From the NCBI GenBank assembly GCA_038279365.1, contig JAYODI010000015.1, positions 10,169-74,168 of the forward strand: 64,000 nt of DNA, written 5' to 3'. A program made the translations under genes and the position numbers. Source of the stretch: Candidatus Latescibacterota bacterium. GTDB taxonomy: Bacteria; Latescibacterota; UBA2968. The notes below the pieces were generated by a model, which worked only from the letters and a program-made list of their open reading frames with translations, was not told the origin of the DNA and did no database searches. Shown here one piece after another: positions 1 through 9,685 of the stretch (position 1 is its first letter; every line of letters begins with the position of its first letter).

Positions 1-92
1 TGCTGATTGCCAGTAGATTCGATAAACGCACAAATGATATTGCTTCAATACTTAGTATTAATAATAAAAGTTGCCTTTTATAGAGGCTTTTT

Positions 93-1694
93 TCATAGAA
101 TATAAACTTCTGTTTTCAAAAGGAGAATTTTATAGGCTTGTTCAACCTTTTTACCAAAAGCAAACACAAAGATCAAAAAATCTGGAAAACCGATTTGACG
201 GTTCCCATCCAGATCAGCATTGGCCTGAAAATTCGCATCTCCTTCCGAAGATCCAAAAGCAGCGGCAAACAACACAAAATCAGAAAAATCAATCAGGCCA
301 CTCCCATCCAAATCTGGCAACACACCCGTGTCTTCCACACGCCACTCAAATGCCCCCAAATCCAGTGCACCCATCACCTGACGCACACGCCCTGTTTGCG
401 GTGCAACATATTCTTGCGTTACGCCCTGCACAAGCGATGGCAATGCCCTGCCACCATCCACACACGGTGAATCACGCTTTAATGCAAAGTTTTGAGTCTG
501 CACATCCACAAAGCCCGGATCGCTGCCTGTTACAGTACCCAAATCCACCACTTCGCCAGTGAGCGATTCAAAACTCTTCACCCACCCAGACATGATCCAA
601 TTGTTTTGCAAACGCAAGGTTCCTGCAGAGTTGCTCAAAGACAGAGATTCACCAGGGTGTGTGGTATAAACAATGTTATTGAACATGTCACACGATTCGT
701 CATTGCTTGACAAACGAAACAAAGTCGTGCGATCTGTGCGCGAAGAAACGACCGTATTGTTATAAAAATAAAGCGTGCCCTTTCGGTAGCGATCTGTCTG
801 CCCAGAATCGCCACCGTAATGAACCATCTGACGATTGCCTTCACCTGCCCCTTCAATGAGCACATTGCCATAAACAAACGTGTGACGATACGCCAAATTT
901 TGAATCAGTTCCTCGTGATCACTGTCCACCAAATCCAACTGGCGATTGCCGTCTTCAATCCAGTTGTAGCGAATCACCGTACCTGCCGAGCGATCTTTCA
1001 AATTGTTTCCACCACACCCATCACGCAATGGACCAAAGTGGTTAAACTGAAACACAATCCCATTGGCTTCGGTGTAGTTATTGTGCTCATAAATGCTGCC
1101 TTCAATCCCATTGTCATAAATATGACACGCCTCCACCAAGATATCGCTCGACTGACTGGCACAGAAAAAACCATTGCCACAATCGTGCAACACACAATTG
1201 CGAATGGTAATGGATTCACCCTTCTCCACAAAAATAGCCGCACTGTTTTTCGAATAATTTGTCACCCCGTCACGTCCCATAAACGTGTAAGGGGGGCGTC
1301 CTGATCGAATCTCTAAATTTTCCACCACAATGTGCGCAGGCATCGTGTCTTCCGGTACATTCGCACCACCAATTTTGATCACCCCACGTGCTTCATTCCA
1401 ATAATTCAACACCGAGCGGGTTGTGGCATTGCGCCCATCAATGACAGGTCGTTCACCCTGTGCGTTCACAACACCCCGCACCACAATGGGTTGTGTTGCT
1501 GTGCCACGCCGACAAATCACCCACTTCTCCTGATAAGATTCAGGTCGCCAATGAATCAGCACCGAATCTCCAGGTGCCAACGATTCCCAGGGCACGTCAC
1601 CAATGTTTTGCAGACGTTTCTCTGGGCCAACTTCAAAAGTGGTGGCAAAAACCGAAGTCGCATACAAAACGAAAAACAATACGCGATAAATCAC
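93..1694 (-). CDS. Secreted right-handed beta-helix protein (polysaccharide lyase-like) with C-terminal dockerin-like twin EF-hand module
   Basis: N-terminal signal peptide (..TSVFA/T); Asn-ladder beta-helix repeats (NCVLHDCGNG, ACHIYDNG, YNWIEDGN, YNNTVVS); C-terminal DLDGSGLIDFSDF and DLDGNRQIGFPDF Ca-binding loops. Confidence 0.75.
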   Translation of the reverse strand: MIYRVLFFVLYATSVFATTFEVGPEKRLQNIGDVPWESLAPGDSVLIHWRPESYQEKWVICRRGTATQPIVVRGVVNAQGERPVIDGRNATTRSVLNYWNEARGVIKIGGANVPEDTMPAHIVVENLEIRSGRPPYTFMGRDGVTNYSKNSAAIFVEKGESITIRNCVLHDCGNGFFCASQSSDILVEACHIYDNGIEGSIYEHNNYTEANGIVFQFNHFGPLRDGCGGNNLKDRSAGTVIRYNWIEDGNRQLDLVDSDHEELIQNLAYRHTFVYGNVLIEGAGEGNRQMVHYGGDSGQTDRYRKGTLYFYNNTVVSSRTDRTTLFRLSSNDESCDMFNNIVYTTHPGESLSLSNSAGTLRLQNNWIMSGWVKSFESLTGEVVDLGTVTGSDPGFVDVQTQNFALKRDSPCVDGGRALPSLVQGVTQEYVAPQTGRVRQVMGALDLGAFEWRVEDTGVLPDLDGSGLIDFSDFVLFAAAFGSSEGDANFQANADLDGNRQIGFPDFLIFVFAFGKKVEQAYKILLLKTEVYIL

Positions 1695-1711
1695 AAAACA
1701 TGCTCGCTTTC

Positions 1712-2962
1712 TTATTTAGACGTATACGGGCCGTGAATGCTCTTCACCAATCGCTCCGTCGTTGTATCATCCAACACAATCACCTGATACGAATCGCCTC
1801 CTGGTGCCACGCGCACCACAATATGACCGTACATACTTTGATAAGCCCTGTCCAAAGCAGGGCCAATCACAATGCGATTGGCTTCGTTCATATACGTACA
1901 AAACAAATCGCGTGGGCCTGGGTAAAGATGTTGCGACGTTAACCGACTCAACACATCGTGCCCAGGTTGATCAGATGACCAGTTTTGATGAATGTAAACA
2001 CGCGGTCTTAGTGTTTGTACAAAATACGTGTTGTGCGTGTCTCGATAACCGTGGTGATTCAAATTGTGCACATCAACAGAACCCACCACCTGTGCCACAG
2101 GCGTTTCCAAATCGCGCCACGCCGGTTGGCCAATGCCCAACACACCCGGAATATCGGCCCCATTAAAAAACGTGAATCGGCCGTAGCGCAACCGAATGCC
2201 ACAGCTCACCACATTTTCATCGGGCAACTCATTCAACGCCAAAGTTTCAATAGGTGGCACATACTGTTTGGCCACCGTATCCACACCCGTCCAAACCTCG
2301 CCATTGCCACAAATATTGCGAATCTCAAACCCAGGATATTTGTCTGCGTCTTTTTTCAGCACAAACTGATCCTTCACGCCCACCTGAAACTTTTCTACAC
2401 GCAAATGGCTGTGTTTTTGATGGTACGCCACAAACGCGTGGTAATTGTCCATTGTCTCACGCGTTTTCACAAACTCAGGGTGCTCACCATATGCCGCCAC
2501 CATCTTTGGGTCATCCAATGCCATTGGATAATTGTAGTTGGGATACCCCCGATCAATCAACATATCAAACGCAATGCGATCCCCCACACCCACCAGCCCC
2601 ACCAGCTTATACGCACCATTTTCTGCATCTTGAGACAATTCACTCAAACAGCCCATATGGTCGCTGTGAAAATGCGTCATAAACGCGTAATCAATACGCG
2701 TCAACTCAGGGCACACGTGCCCAATATAATCGGCAATCCACTCATACGGAGGCCGCGAATCATTGGGTCTGGGTGGTGCGTTTCGAGGCGAATGAACACG
2801 GTCGCTTGAGCGATCCATCTCCCCTGCATCAACCAACATCGTTGTGCCGTCTGGCAAAATGTAAAACGCACTGTCGCCAAACCCCGTATTAATATGGTGC
2901 AAATCCAACATCCCATCTGTCCAGGCAGGCAATGCCTTTCCAACTTCCAATGTCTGTGACAT
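1712..2962 (-). CDS. Metallo-beta-lactamase-fold hydrolase (ComEC/Rec2-like)
   Basis: HHINTGFGDS, LVDAGE, THFHSDH (HxHxDH) and NHHG motifs; start set at ATG 2962 behind an AAGGA RBS. Confidence 0.8.
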   Translation of the reverse strand: MSQTLEVGKALPAWTDGMLDLHHINTGFGDSAFYILPDGTTMLVDAGEMDRSSDRVHSPRNAPPRPNDSRPPYEWIADYIGHVCPELTRIDYAFMTHFHSDHMGCLSELSQDAENGAYKLVGLVGVGDRIAFDMLIDRGYPNYNYPMALDDPKMVAAYGEHPEFVKTRETMDNYHAFVAYHQKHSHLRVEKFQVGVKDQFVLKKDADKYPGFEIRNICGNGEVWTGVDTVAKQYVPPIETLALNELPDENVVSCGIRLRYGRFTFFNGADIPGVLGIGQPAWRDLETPVAQVVGSVDVHNLNHHGYRDTHNTYFVQTLRPRVYIHQNWSSDQPGHDVLSRLTSQHLYPGPRDLFCTYMNEANRIVIGPALDRAYQSMYGHIVVRVAPGGDSYQVIVLDDTTTERLVKSIHGPYTSK

Positions 2963-2975
2963 AATTTTCCTTTTA

Positions 2976-3776
2976 TCAATCGTAATTGCTTTTTTTGTGA
3001 TCACCCATCAACCGCAGTTGGCGAGGGGTGGCTTGTTTGAGAATATCATCATCAAATTGAAATCGGTTCAAATAAGGCGGAAACTTTTGTGTGATCATCC
3101 GCTTGGCATAATGCACCTGCAACAAATAACGCGTTTTTTCACTCGTGTTGGCCGTGCCTCTGTGCCAGACCTCACTCCTAAAAATAACCACATCCCCCGC
3201 TTGGCACATGATCGACTGCTCAGTTTGCCCTTTCCATTCGGTTGCACCATCGGGGCTACAACCAGACAAATGGCTGCCAGGAATAAAATTCGTTGGGCCC
3301 AAATCTTCTGTTAAATCATCCAAATAAAAATGCGCCGTCGTAATAAAAATGGGCACACGCACACGTGGGTCTGCCAACACATCGGCAGGCAAAGAAAGAG
3401 GCAACCAATCGGTGTGCAACTTTTGATCGGGTCGCCCAGGCCCCGTCATCCAAGCCGTCATCCCAATACAATGACAATCATCACCGTGTACGGCTTCCTC
3501 AATCTCAATGACACCCGCATAATCTAAAAACTTCAAAAACAACGGGTGACGGTTAAATGCGTTGTTAATGACCTTGTTCAAATACCCATGTGCTTCAGGT
3601 TGCAAATTTTTATCAAAACTCTCAGGCCTTGGTTCCAAAATATCCATTTGTTCCCGCAGTTCTGATATTTCCGCGCGGTTCAAAACCTTTGGCAAATACA
3701 CATAACCATCTCGATAAAGCGCTTCTACTTGATCTTCGAGTGTGTCATAAGCAACCAAGGGTAAAGGTTCTGCCAT
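2976..3776 (-). CDS. Phytanoyl-CoA dioxygenase (PhyH) family Fe/2OG oxygenase
   Basis: RDGYVYL, LHTD (HxD), FIPGSH, GDVVIF..WHRG motifs; start set at MAEPL. Confidence 0.85.
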   Translation of the reverse strand: MAEPLPLVAYDTLEDQVEALYRDGYVYLPKVLNRAEISELREQMDILEPRPESFDKNLQPEAHGYLNKVINNAFNRHPLFLKFLDYAGVIEIEEAVHGDDCHCIGMTAWMTGPGRPDQKLHTDWLPLSLPADVLADPRVRVPIFITTAHFYLDDLTEDLGPTNFIPGSHLSGCSPDGATEWKGQTEQSIMCQAGDVVIFRSEVWHRGTANTSEKTRYLLQVHYAKRMITQKFPPYLNRFQFDDDILKQATPRQLRLMGDHKKSNYD

Positions 3777-3777
3777 C

Positions 3778-4488
3778 TTACACCTCCACATAGTTTGCAA
3801 GATCGCGCATCGCAATCACAGTGTAGTCATGATCCACCCAATGCTGAACACACCGCTCAAAAAACGCAGGTTCTGTATGCACCCACGGATGATCCAAATC
3901 GGGCACGCCATGAAATGTAAAAACGGCGGCCTGGCCATCTTGAGCCAAATCGAGCGCCCACAAAAAATCATCAAAATCCCAATTTGGCCCACTGGCACCC
4001 GTTGTCGGTACCAACAAAGGATCGTGAACCTTAGGGTCATAAGCTGGTCCACGCCCACCTTCTCGGTCATATGCATATTCGGGAGCAGGTCCTCGCCGAG
4101 CAAATTGAAAACCCCGTTCACGAAGCACATCCACCGCTTCAGGCGTATGCGTATAACCCGGGTAACAAAATGTTACGGGCAAAGGAATACCGTTTTGTTC
4201 ACATTGTTGATCAATATATGCAATATCGTTTCGCAATTCATCAGGTGTTTGTTTGGCCACACTCGTGTGGTGCTGGGTATGGTTTCCAATTTCAAAACCC
4301 AAATCGTGTAATTCACGCACCTCATCCCAGGTCACATAGCGCGTTTTGTCTTTCAAAAAATTCAACCCTTCAGAAATATAAAAGGTCGCACCAAATTCAC
4401 ATTCTTTGAGCAACGGTGCCACAAATGTAAGCTGTGACTTTACACCATCGTCAAAAGTAAGTACCACCAACCCATCTGGAAATGTCAT
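3778..4488 (-). CDS. Polysaccharide deacetylase (CE4/NodB) family protein
   Basis: LTFDDG, EIGNHTQHH, FCYPG and FTFHG motifs. Confidence 0.85.
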   Translation of the reverse strand: MTFPDGLVVLTFDDGVKSQLTFVAPLLKECEFGATFYISEGLNFLKDKTRYVTWDEVRELHDLGFEIGNHTQHHTSVAKQTPDELRNDIAYIDQQCEQNGIPLPVTFCYPGYTHTPEAVDVLRERGFQFARRGPAPEYAYDREGGRGPAYDPKVHDPLLVPTTGASGPNWDFDDFLWALDLAQDGQAAVFTFHGVPDLDHPWVHTEPAFFERCVQHWVDHDYTVIAMRDLANYVEV

Positions 4489-4580
4489 GATCTAACTTTC
4501 TTTGCTAAGTTTTTTCCTCCCCTTCCTTATGGAAATTGTTTAAATAAATCGGCAATGTTTTGATCGAATTTTTGATCTTG

Positions 4581-4627
4581 AGTCCGAAGGACTTTTCCTA
4601 TTGTAGCACCAGAATTTATTCCGGTGC
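4581..4627. repeat. REP-like palindromes: AGTCC-GAA-GGACT hairpin plus GTAG-led imperfect palindrome
   Basis: agtccgaaggact (4581-4593) and gtagcaccagaatttattccggtgc (4603-4627). Confidence 0.45.
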
Positions 4628-4695
4628 GGTTAATCGAGCAATTACCGAGTTATTTTTTCATCTCCTTCACGAAGGGGCCAAAAGTAGGTGCCGTT

Positions 4696-6030
4696 CTAAA
4701 ACGGCCACACGGTCAAGCCTTCCCTCACCGTTTCAACAAGCGTGTCTGCATGCGCCACTGTCATGGGCAAAGACGTACACCCACCCTGCCGTGTGACAAT
4801 GCCACGGTTTAACAAATAAAAATATAACCAACGGTGTTTCTCTTTGTTGTCTTGTGCCGCTTGTCGATAATTGCGCGGTGGCGCGTCCAAAAAGTAAATG
4901 CGAAAAAGCGAACCCGCAACAACAACTGTCGCCACCACACCCGCATCTCGAAACACACCTTCAAGACCTTTTGTTATATATTGTGCCAATGAATCCACGT
5001 GTTCATAAGCCTCAGGGGTCATCGTCTGCAAAGTTGTCAAACCTGCAACCGCCACCAATGGGTTGCCATTATACGTGCCCGACTGGGGAATCGCTGCACC
5101 ACCTGTTGTCGGATCGTACAAGGCCATCACATCGGCACGCCCACCAAAAGCCCCACCCGGTGTCCCCCCAGCAATCACCTTGGCCAAACACGTCAAATCG
5201 GGCGTAATGCCATACGCTTGCTGGGTTCCTCCCGATGTCATTCGAAAACTCACAATCTCATCAAAAATCAACAAAATCCCATGCCGTTCCGTCACGGCCC
5301 GAAGCCCCTCTAAAAATGTGCGATCAGGCAAAGCCAAACCCGCCGCCGTCGAAAGAGGATCAATAATCACGGCCGCCAATTCCTGCTTATGCAAATCAAT
5401 TAAACGTTCACACGCCTCTAAGTTATTAAACGGCAACACCACTACTCCTTCTGCCGTGTGGGGCGCCAAACCTGCTGATGAAATCACCGAATGAGGCGCA
5501 TCTTCGGCACCCAAAGCATCCGTCACGGGAGGCACATAACTGATTAATGCAGGGTCATCAATGCCGTGATAGGCCCCTTCAAATTTGGCAATTTTACCCC
5601 GCTTCGTAAATGCACGCGCCACACGCAACGCATTCATCACCGCCTCGGTGCCCGAGCTACAAAACCGAATCTGCTCCATAGACGGCACCCGTTTACGCAA
5701 CAACTCGGCCCATTCTATTTCAAGCGCAGTCGGGCCAAAAAATGCTGTTCCATTCACAACACGCTCACTCAAAGCTTGAGCCACAACAGGGTTTGCATGC
5801 CCCAAAATCAATGCCGTTGCATTGTTCACAAAATCCAATCGTTTGTTGCCATCCACATCCGTCACAAACACACCCGCTCCGTGATCGGTATAGATAGGAA
5901 AAGGCGCAACATAAACACCAGTGCGTGTATTTCCGCCCGGCAACACATTTTGCGCCCGTCGAAATAGTTGCTGTGATTTGCCATTTTGATCCCGATATTC
6001 TGCAACCAACTGATCCAGTGTAAGAGACAT
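4696..6030 (-). CDS. Class III PLP-dependent aminotransferase (glutamate-1-semialdehyde aminomutase-like paralogue)
   Basis: LPGGNTR, SSGTEA, FEGAYHG, LIFDEI, DLTCLAKVIAGG (PLP Lys), SGTYNGNP motifs. Confidence 0.85.
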   Translation of the reverse strand: MSLTLDQLVAEYRDQNGKSQQLFRRAQNVLPGGNTRTGVYVAPFPIYTDHGAGVFVTDVDGNKRLDFVNNATALILGHANPVVAQALSERVVNGTAFFGPTALEIEWAELLRKRVPSMEQIRFCSSGTEAVMNALRVARAFTKRGKIAKFEGAYHGIDDPALISYVPPVTDALGAEDAPHSVISSAGLAPHTAEGVVVLPFNNLEACERLIDLHKQELAAVIIDPLSTAAGLALPDRTFLEGLRAVTERHGILLIFDEIVSFRMTSGGTQQAYGITPDLTCLAKVIAGGTPGGAFGGRADVMALYDPTTGGAAIPQSGTYNGNPLVAVAGLTTLQTMTPEAYEHVDSLAQYITKGLEGVFRDAGVVATVVVAGSLFRIYFLDAPPRNYRQAAQDNKEKHRWLYFYLLNRGIVTRQGGCTSLPMTVAHADTLVETVREGLTVWPF

Positions 6031-6137
6031 AAAACAAAAACCTTTGAAAAGATTATCACTTTCAAATTTGAAATTGTAAAAAGCAAGATAATGTACTCAG
6101 AAAAAATAATCTAAAAAAAGTGACCTGAGACTTTGCG

Positions 6138-6166
6138 TTGCAAAATGCTCCAAATCACATTATCAT
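6138..6166 (+). promoter_or_regulatory. Putative sigma70 promoter for the cupin gene
   Basis: TTGCAA-17 nt-TATCAT, about 40 nt upstream of ATG 6206. Confidence 0.45.
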
Positions 6167-6205
6167 AAAAACCGCCAATAACCCTCCTATCTAAGCGAGT
6201 CACCC

Positions 6206-6619
6206 ATGTCCAAAAACAATCTCTTGCAATTTATCACACAAAACGATGTCCAAGTTGAAGAACTGCCTTGGGGGCCACACGAATGGATCTGTCGTCCTGA
6301 CCTCACCAATGCCGAAAAGCTCATGCTTGTGCGGGTCACCATGCCACCCAACCAAGCCCACAAATTTCACCGCCACCCATCTATGGAAGAAATCATCTAC
6401 GTCATATCAGGCACAGCCGAACAATGGGTCGATCACAAAAAACAAATCCTCCACCCAGGAGAGGCCGCACACATTCCCACCAACATCGTACACGGCACCT
6501 ACAACGCAGGTCAAACCGATCTCGTCTTTCTCGCCATACTCTCACCCGCCATTTTTGATGGTCCTGCCCTTATAGATGTTTCACAAGAAGCCCCTTGGGC
6601 CACATTGCGAACCCCATAA
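6206..6619 (+). CDS. Cupin domain protein
   Basis: HKFHRHPSMEEIIYVISG and IPTNIVH cupin motifs. Confidence 0.9.
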   Translation: MSKNNLLQFITQNDVQVEELPWGPHEWICRPDLTNAEKLMLVRVTMPPNQAHKFHRHPSMEEIIYVISGTAEQWVDHKKQILHPGEAAHIPTNIVHGTYNAGQTDLVFLAILSPAIFDGPALIDVSQEAPWATLRTP

Positions 6620-6689
6620 AACGAAAACACAGATCTTTGTTAAAACGCCTCTTTCTCATCACCTGTTTGTGCCTTTTCGCAAGCCAAAT

Positions 6690-6725
6690 AAAAACGCCTT
6701 TGGTTCAAAACCAAAGGCGTTTTTT
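6690..6725. terminator. Bidirectional rho-independent terminator
   Basis: aaaaacgcctttggtt-caa-aaccaaaggcgtttttt between convergent genes. Confidence 0.8.
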
Positions 6726-6748
6726 CACGATAAACCATCACCTGCCAG

Positions 6749-7324
6749 TTACGGATAAAACGCAACACCCACCTGAAACGGCACCACTTTTTTTCGATGT
6801 CCCTGCAAAGTCATGATAAATCCTGTTTCAACAAACAGCTGATAATTGGGTACCACATCAAAAACCAAACCCATATGCCCAGCCAAATAAGAATCGGTAT
6901 GTCCACCTCGAACCAATGTCTGCAAGGGAACTTGTGTAACCGGATCAAGCGTGGTTTCCCAAACATCCATCGACTGCATCACCCCAGCCTCACCTTTGAT
7001 ATAAGGGCGAAGTCGTGAGGCATCGTGAAAAGTCGATTTTTGTGACATCCCCACACTCATCATCTGCGCATCATAAGGCATACGCGCATCAGCCGATGGA
7101 TACCGACAATAACAAAATGTCAGTCCCAAATTATCCGTCACTGAGCCCCGCGTTGCCAACCGCAATTTGACACCCAAAGCAGGTCTCCAAGCCTCTGCAA
7201 AATCAGCCGACCCCTTCGGCACTTCATACACCCCCCCCACCTCCACCAAACCAGCCGCATATCCAGACCCCACCCCAACACCCAGCCAAACACAACACAT
7301 AAAAACAAATATGTGATTTTTCAT
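6749..7324 (-). CDS. Putative outer-membrane beta-barrel protein
   Basis: Signal peptide; alternating beta-strand pattern; RPYIKGEAG; aromatic C-terminus (QVGVAFYP); GGAGG RBS. Confidence 0.6.
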   Translation of the reverse strand: MKNHIFVFMCCVWLGVGVGSGYAAGLVEVGGVYEVPKGSADFAEAWRPALGVKLRLATRGSVTDNLGLTFCYCRYPSADARMPYDAQMMSVGMSQKSTFHDASRLRPYIKGEAGVMQSMDVWETTLDPVTQVPLQTLVRGGHTDSYLAGHMGLVFDVVPNYQLFVETGFIMTLQGHRKKVVPFQVGVAFYP

Positions 7325-7486
7325 CGTGCCCTCCTGTTCCTATCCGGCTGTTACAGAACCCATTATATAAACAATACCTCACAAAAAAGACACGTGTCGA
7401 CAAAATAATATCCACCCTTGAAAGGTGCACATGTGTTCACTATATTTTTGCAGGACATTCGGCTCTCCCAAAGATCCGAAACCAAA

Positions 7487-7517
7487 CAGGCCGGTTCGTC
7501 CCCACCGAACCGGCCTG
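7487..7517 (-). terminator. Terminator-like hairpin after the 7543-8616 gene
   Basis: caggccggttcg...cgaaccggcctg, followed by ttt on the minus strand. Confidence 0.65.
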
Positions 7518-7542
7518 CTTATTCCTTCACATCACCCACTTG

Positions 7543-8616
7543 CTAAAATCGAATCGTAAACACCGCTTGAGGTGGGCCTTGTGGTGACACAGGTCGAATA
7601 CCCAAATCAATACGGTTGGTCGGAATCTCAACCCAATGATCGCTTCTCGACATGGCGCCCAAAAGTGTACAAATCCCCAAAACAGGCACCGCTAAAACAA
7701 ATGCAATATACACTTGTAAACCCGCAAGTTCGCTGTCATCACGTGCCGCACTCACAATGCCCAACGTCATAATTGCACTGCCTATTCCCAACCCAACCAT
7801 CATCCCTTTGCCCGTAGCAGATCGCATGCCTACTGAAACTTCTAATTTCTCAATTTTCGACACCGGCACAAACAAACGCGATTTGTCTTGAAACTGTCGC
7901 ACAACCAATGTATCACCTCGAACCTGCTCCACTCGTCCCCAGATACGCTTAGACCACATATTAGGAGCCGTCACAAGCACTTTGGCATCATACACAGCAC
8001 CTTTTTGTTGAAACTGTTTGATATCACCCTTGTTATCCGATAAAGTCAACGCCTCAATCGCATCATAAGGAATACGCCACTCGCGATCCCCTTTCACAAT
8101 TAAACCTTGACCACCAAAACCCCGAATACGCCCAAAAGCCACCATCGGTTGTTCATCTTGTATATAATTCACAACAACATACCGATTTTCTTTTAACTCA
8201 GAGCGATCGATCTGGTCCCCAGCCATCTGAATCACAGTTTTTTTCTTCAGCCGTTTTATGGCACGTGCTATATCCTTAAAACCATCTTTGTGTTCCACAG
8301 TCTGTTTTAAAAACCGATCCACATCTTGTGACTGAGGTGCCATAACAATAACCACCACATCCCGATACGCAATATCCACTTTCCACAACCCATTCCGAAT
8401 ATGAAAAGTCTCTTTTTCTATATTTTTAATAAATCCGCGTGCCGTCTTCACTTTGTTTTTGTGGTCACGATATTTGACTTCAGCAAAATAATCCTTCACC
8501 AAGCGCTCTGGCACAACAGACGCACCCTCAAGTTGCGTGGTCGCTTGCACAATGCCAAAAAACGTTTGGCTCAACAGTGCCACAACAAGTATCAGCCTCA
8601 CAATTTTCATAAACAT
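7543..8616 (-). CDS. Hypothetical exported/membrane protein with repeated small beta-domains and C-terminal TM helices
   Basis: Signal peptide; three similar segments (G.I/V......L.V/I....IPY/V..IE.L); two C-terminal hydrophobic helices. Confidence 0.6.
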   Translation of the reverse strand: MFMKIVRLILVVALLSQTFFGIVQATTQLEGASVVPERLVKDYFAEVKYRDHKNKVKTARGFIKNIEKETFHIRNGLWKVDIAYRDVVVIVMAPQSQDVDRFLKQTVEHKDGFKDIARAIKRLKKKTVIQMAGDQIDRSELKENRYVVVNYIQDEQPMVAFGRIRGFGGQGLIVKGDREWRIPYDAIEALTLSDNKGDIKQFQQKGAVYDAKVLVTAPNMWSKRIWGRVEQVRGDTLVVRQFQDKSRLFVPVSKIEKLEVSVGMRSATGKGMMVGLGIGSAIMTLGIVSAARDDSELAGLQVYIAFVLAVPVLGICTLLGAMSRSDHWVEIPTNRIDLGIRPVSPQGPPQAVFTIRF

Positions 8617-8677
8617 ATCCTCTTTCTTCTAAAAGCTTAGCTTCACATATTATAAATCTACATCATAAAAAGAAAAT

Positions 8678-8851
8678 ATGTCAAATTTAAAAAACCAAAC
8701 CGACCCATTCAAATCCATTCTCCGGCCCCGCATCCGTGAGCAACTGCCCACCCCCCTCAAAGAAGCCAGCACCATTCAGTTGGCACGCGCCCTCATTGAC
8801 CGAGGTGCCAAAATAGACGCACAAACCGCGCGCGAGTTGGGCCTAAAATAA
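8678..8851 (+). pseudogene. 57-codon ORF containing a single ankyrin-like repeat (probable gene remnant)
   Basis: Manual translation MSNLKNQTDPFKSILRPRIREQLPTPLKEASTIQLARALIDRGAKIDAQTARELGLK*; TPL..A...L..LI.RGA.ID matches the ankyrin consensus; absent from the ORF track. Confidence 0.45.
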
Positions 8852-8903
8852 AAGGCGCAGCCCTAAGTATAAAAGCCATCACACCAGATGGTTTCAAAAC
8901 TGT

Positions 8904-8942
8904 AAAAACAGACCCGATACCATACCGATCGGGTCTGTTTTT
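8904..8942 (+). terminator. Rho-independent terminator
   Basis: aaaaacagacccgat...atcgggtctgttttt. Confidence 0.75.
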
Positions 8943-9069
8943 ATTTTGTGCATTCCTTAGATTATCTCATATTACTCAAAACCGCATAAACGCACTATTC
9001 GGGCAAGTATCCCATCTGCTCGCACATAAATAAGAACCCAAATGTCGTCATCTGTTACGAGGTCACACC

Positions 9070-9549
9070 ATGAAACACATCTACCTTTCTATTCTTCTAT
9101 TATGTATGGCCTGTGAAGGCCTCCCCAGCGAACCCGATGGTTTACGTGCCTTGGCCAACAAAATGGAAACCCAAAAAGACACCTACGAAAAAGCCTATGA
9201 CAACTGGAGTGCAGGCGATGTCACATCCACATTCACATCGTATTTAGATGGCCATACAGTTGCATTTATTGAAGAACACATGACCCGTGGCACATCGGGC
9301 CGATCCATCAACCGTTATTATTTTTATAACAACGAAATCTTCTGTTACCGCGAAAACCGAAACAACAGCGACAGCACACGTGTCGAAATCGAAATTCTAT
9401 TTGACATCCAGGGCGAAGTGATGGCCGCACAACAAACACAAGATCGCCAACCTGTCTCCGTAGATCGGTATATCATCCCCATGGCCAAAAAACATGGCCA
9501 AACATTGCGAGAACGCACCAAAGATGCGCCCGTCATGCAAGATCGCTAA
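9070..9549 (+). CDS. Hypothetical lipoprotein
   Basis: MKH + hydrophobic stretch + lipobox-like CMAC; GAGG RBS. Confidence 0.65.
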   Translation: MKHIYLSILLLCMACEGLPSEPDGLRALANKMETQKDTYEKAYDNWSAGDVTSTFTSYLDGHTVAFIEEHMTRGTSGRSINRYYFYNNEIFCYRENRNNSDSTRVEIEILFDIQGEVMAAQQTQDRQPVSVDRYIIPMAKKHGQTLRERTKDAPVMQDR

Positions 9550-9558
9550 ACGCATAAA

Positions 9559-9586
9559 AAACGGTTGGCAAATTTGCCAACCGTTT
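9559..9586 (+). terminator. Rho-independent terminator
   Basis: aaacggttggca-aatt-tgccaaccgttt right after stop 9549. Confidence 0.7.
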
Positions 9587-9685
9587 CCTTTCACTTACCT
9601 TTTTTATGGCCTGTCCAATATTACCATTCATCAAAAAAACTTCTCTGTCTAATTTTTATAAACCCATTATACCGGAGCATCTCTC

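Noticed and set aside
4696-6030. Naming this gene hemL
   Set aside because: Divergent from canonical HemL (GGNTR rather than GGVNSPVR) and no tetrapyrrole context; treated as a paralogue
8658-8686. dif/Xer-like site CTACATCATAA-7 nt-ATATGTCAAAT
   Set aside because: Only the XerD-like arm resembles the consensus, the DNA is AT-rich, and skew does not switch here
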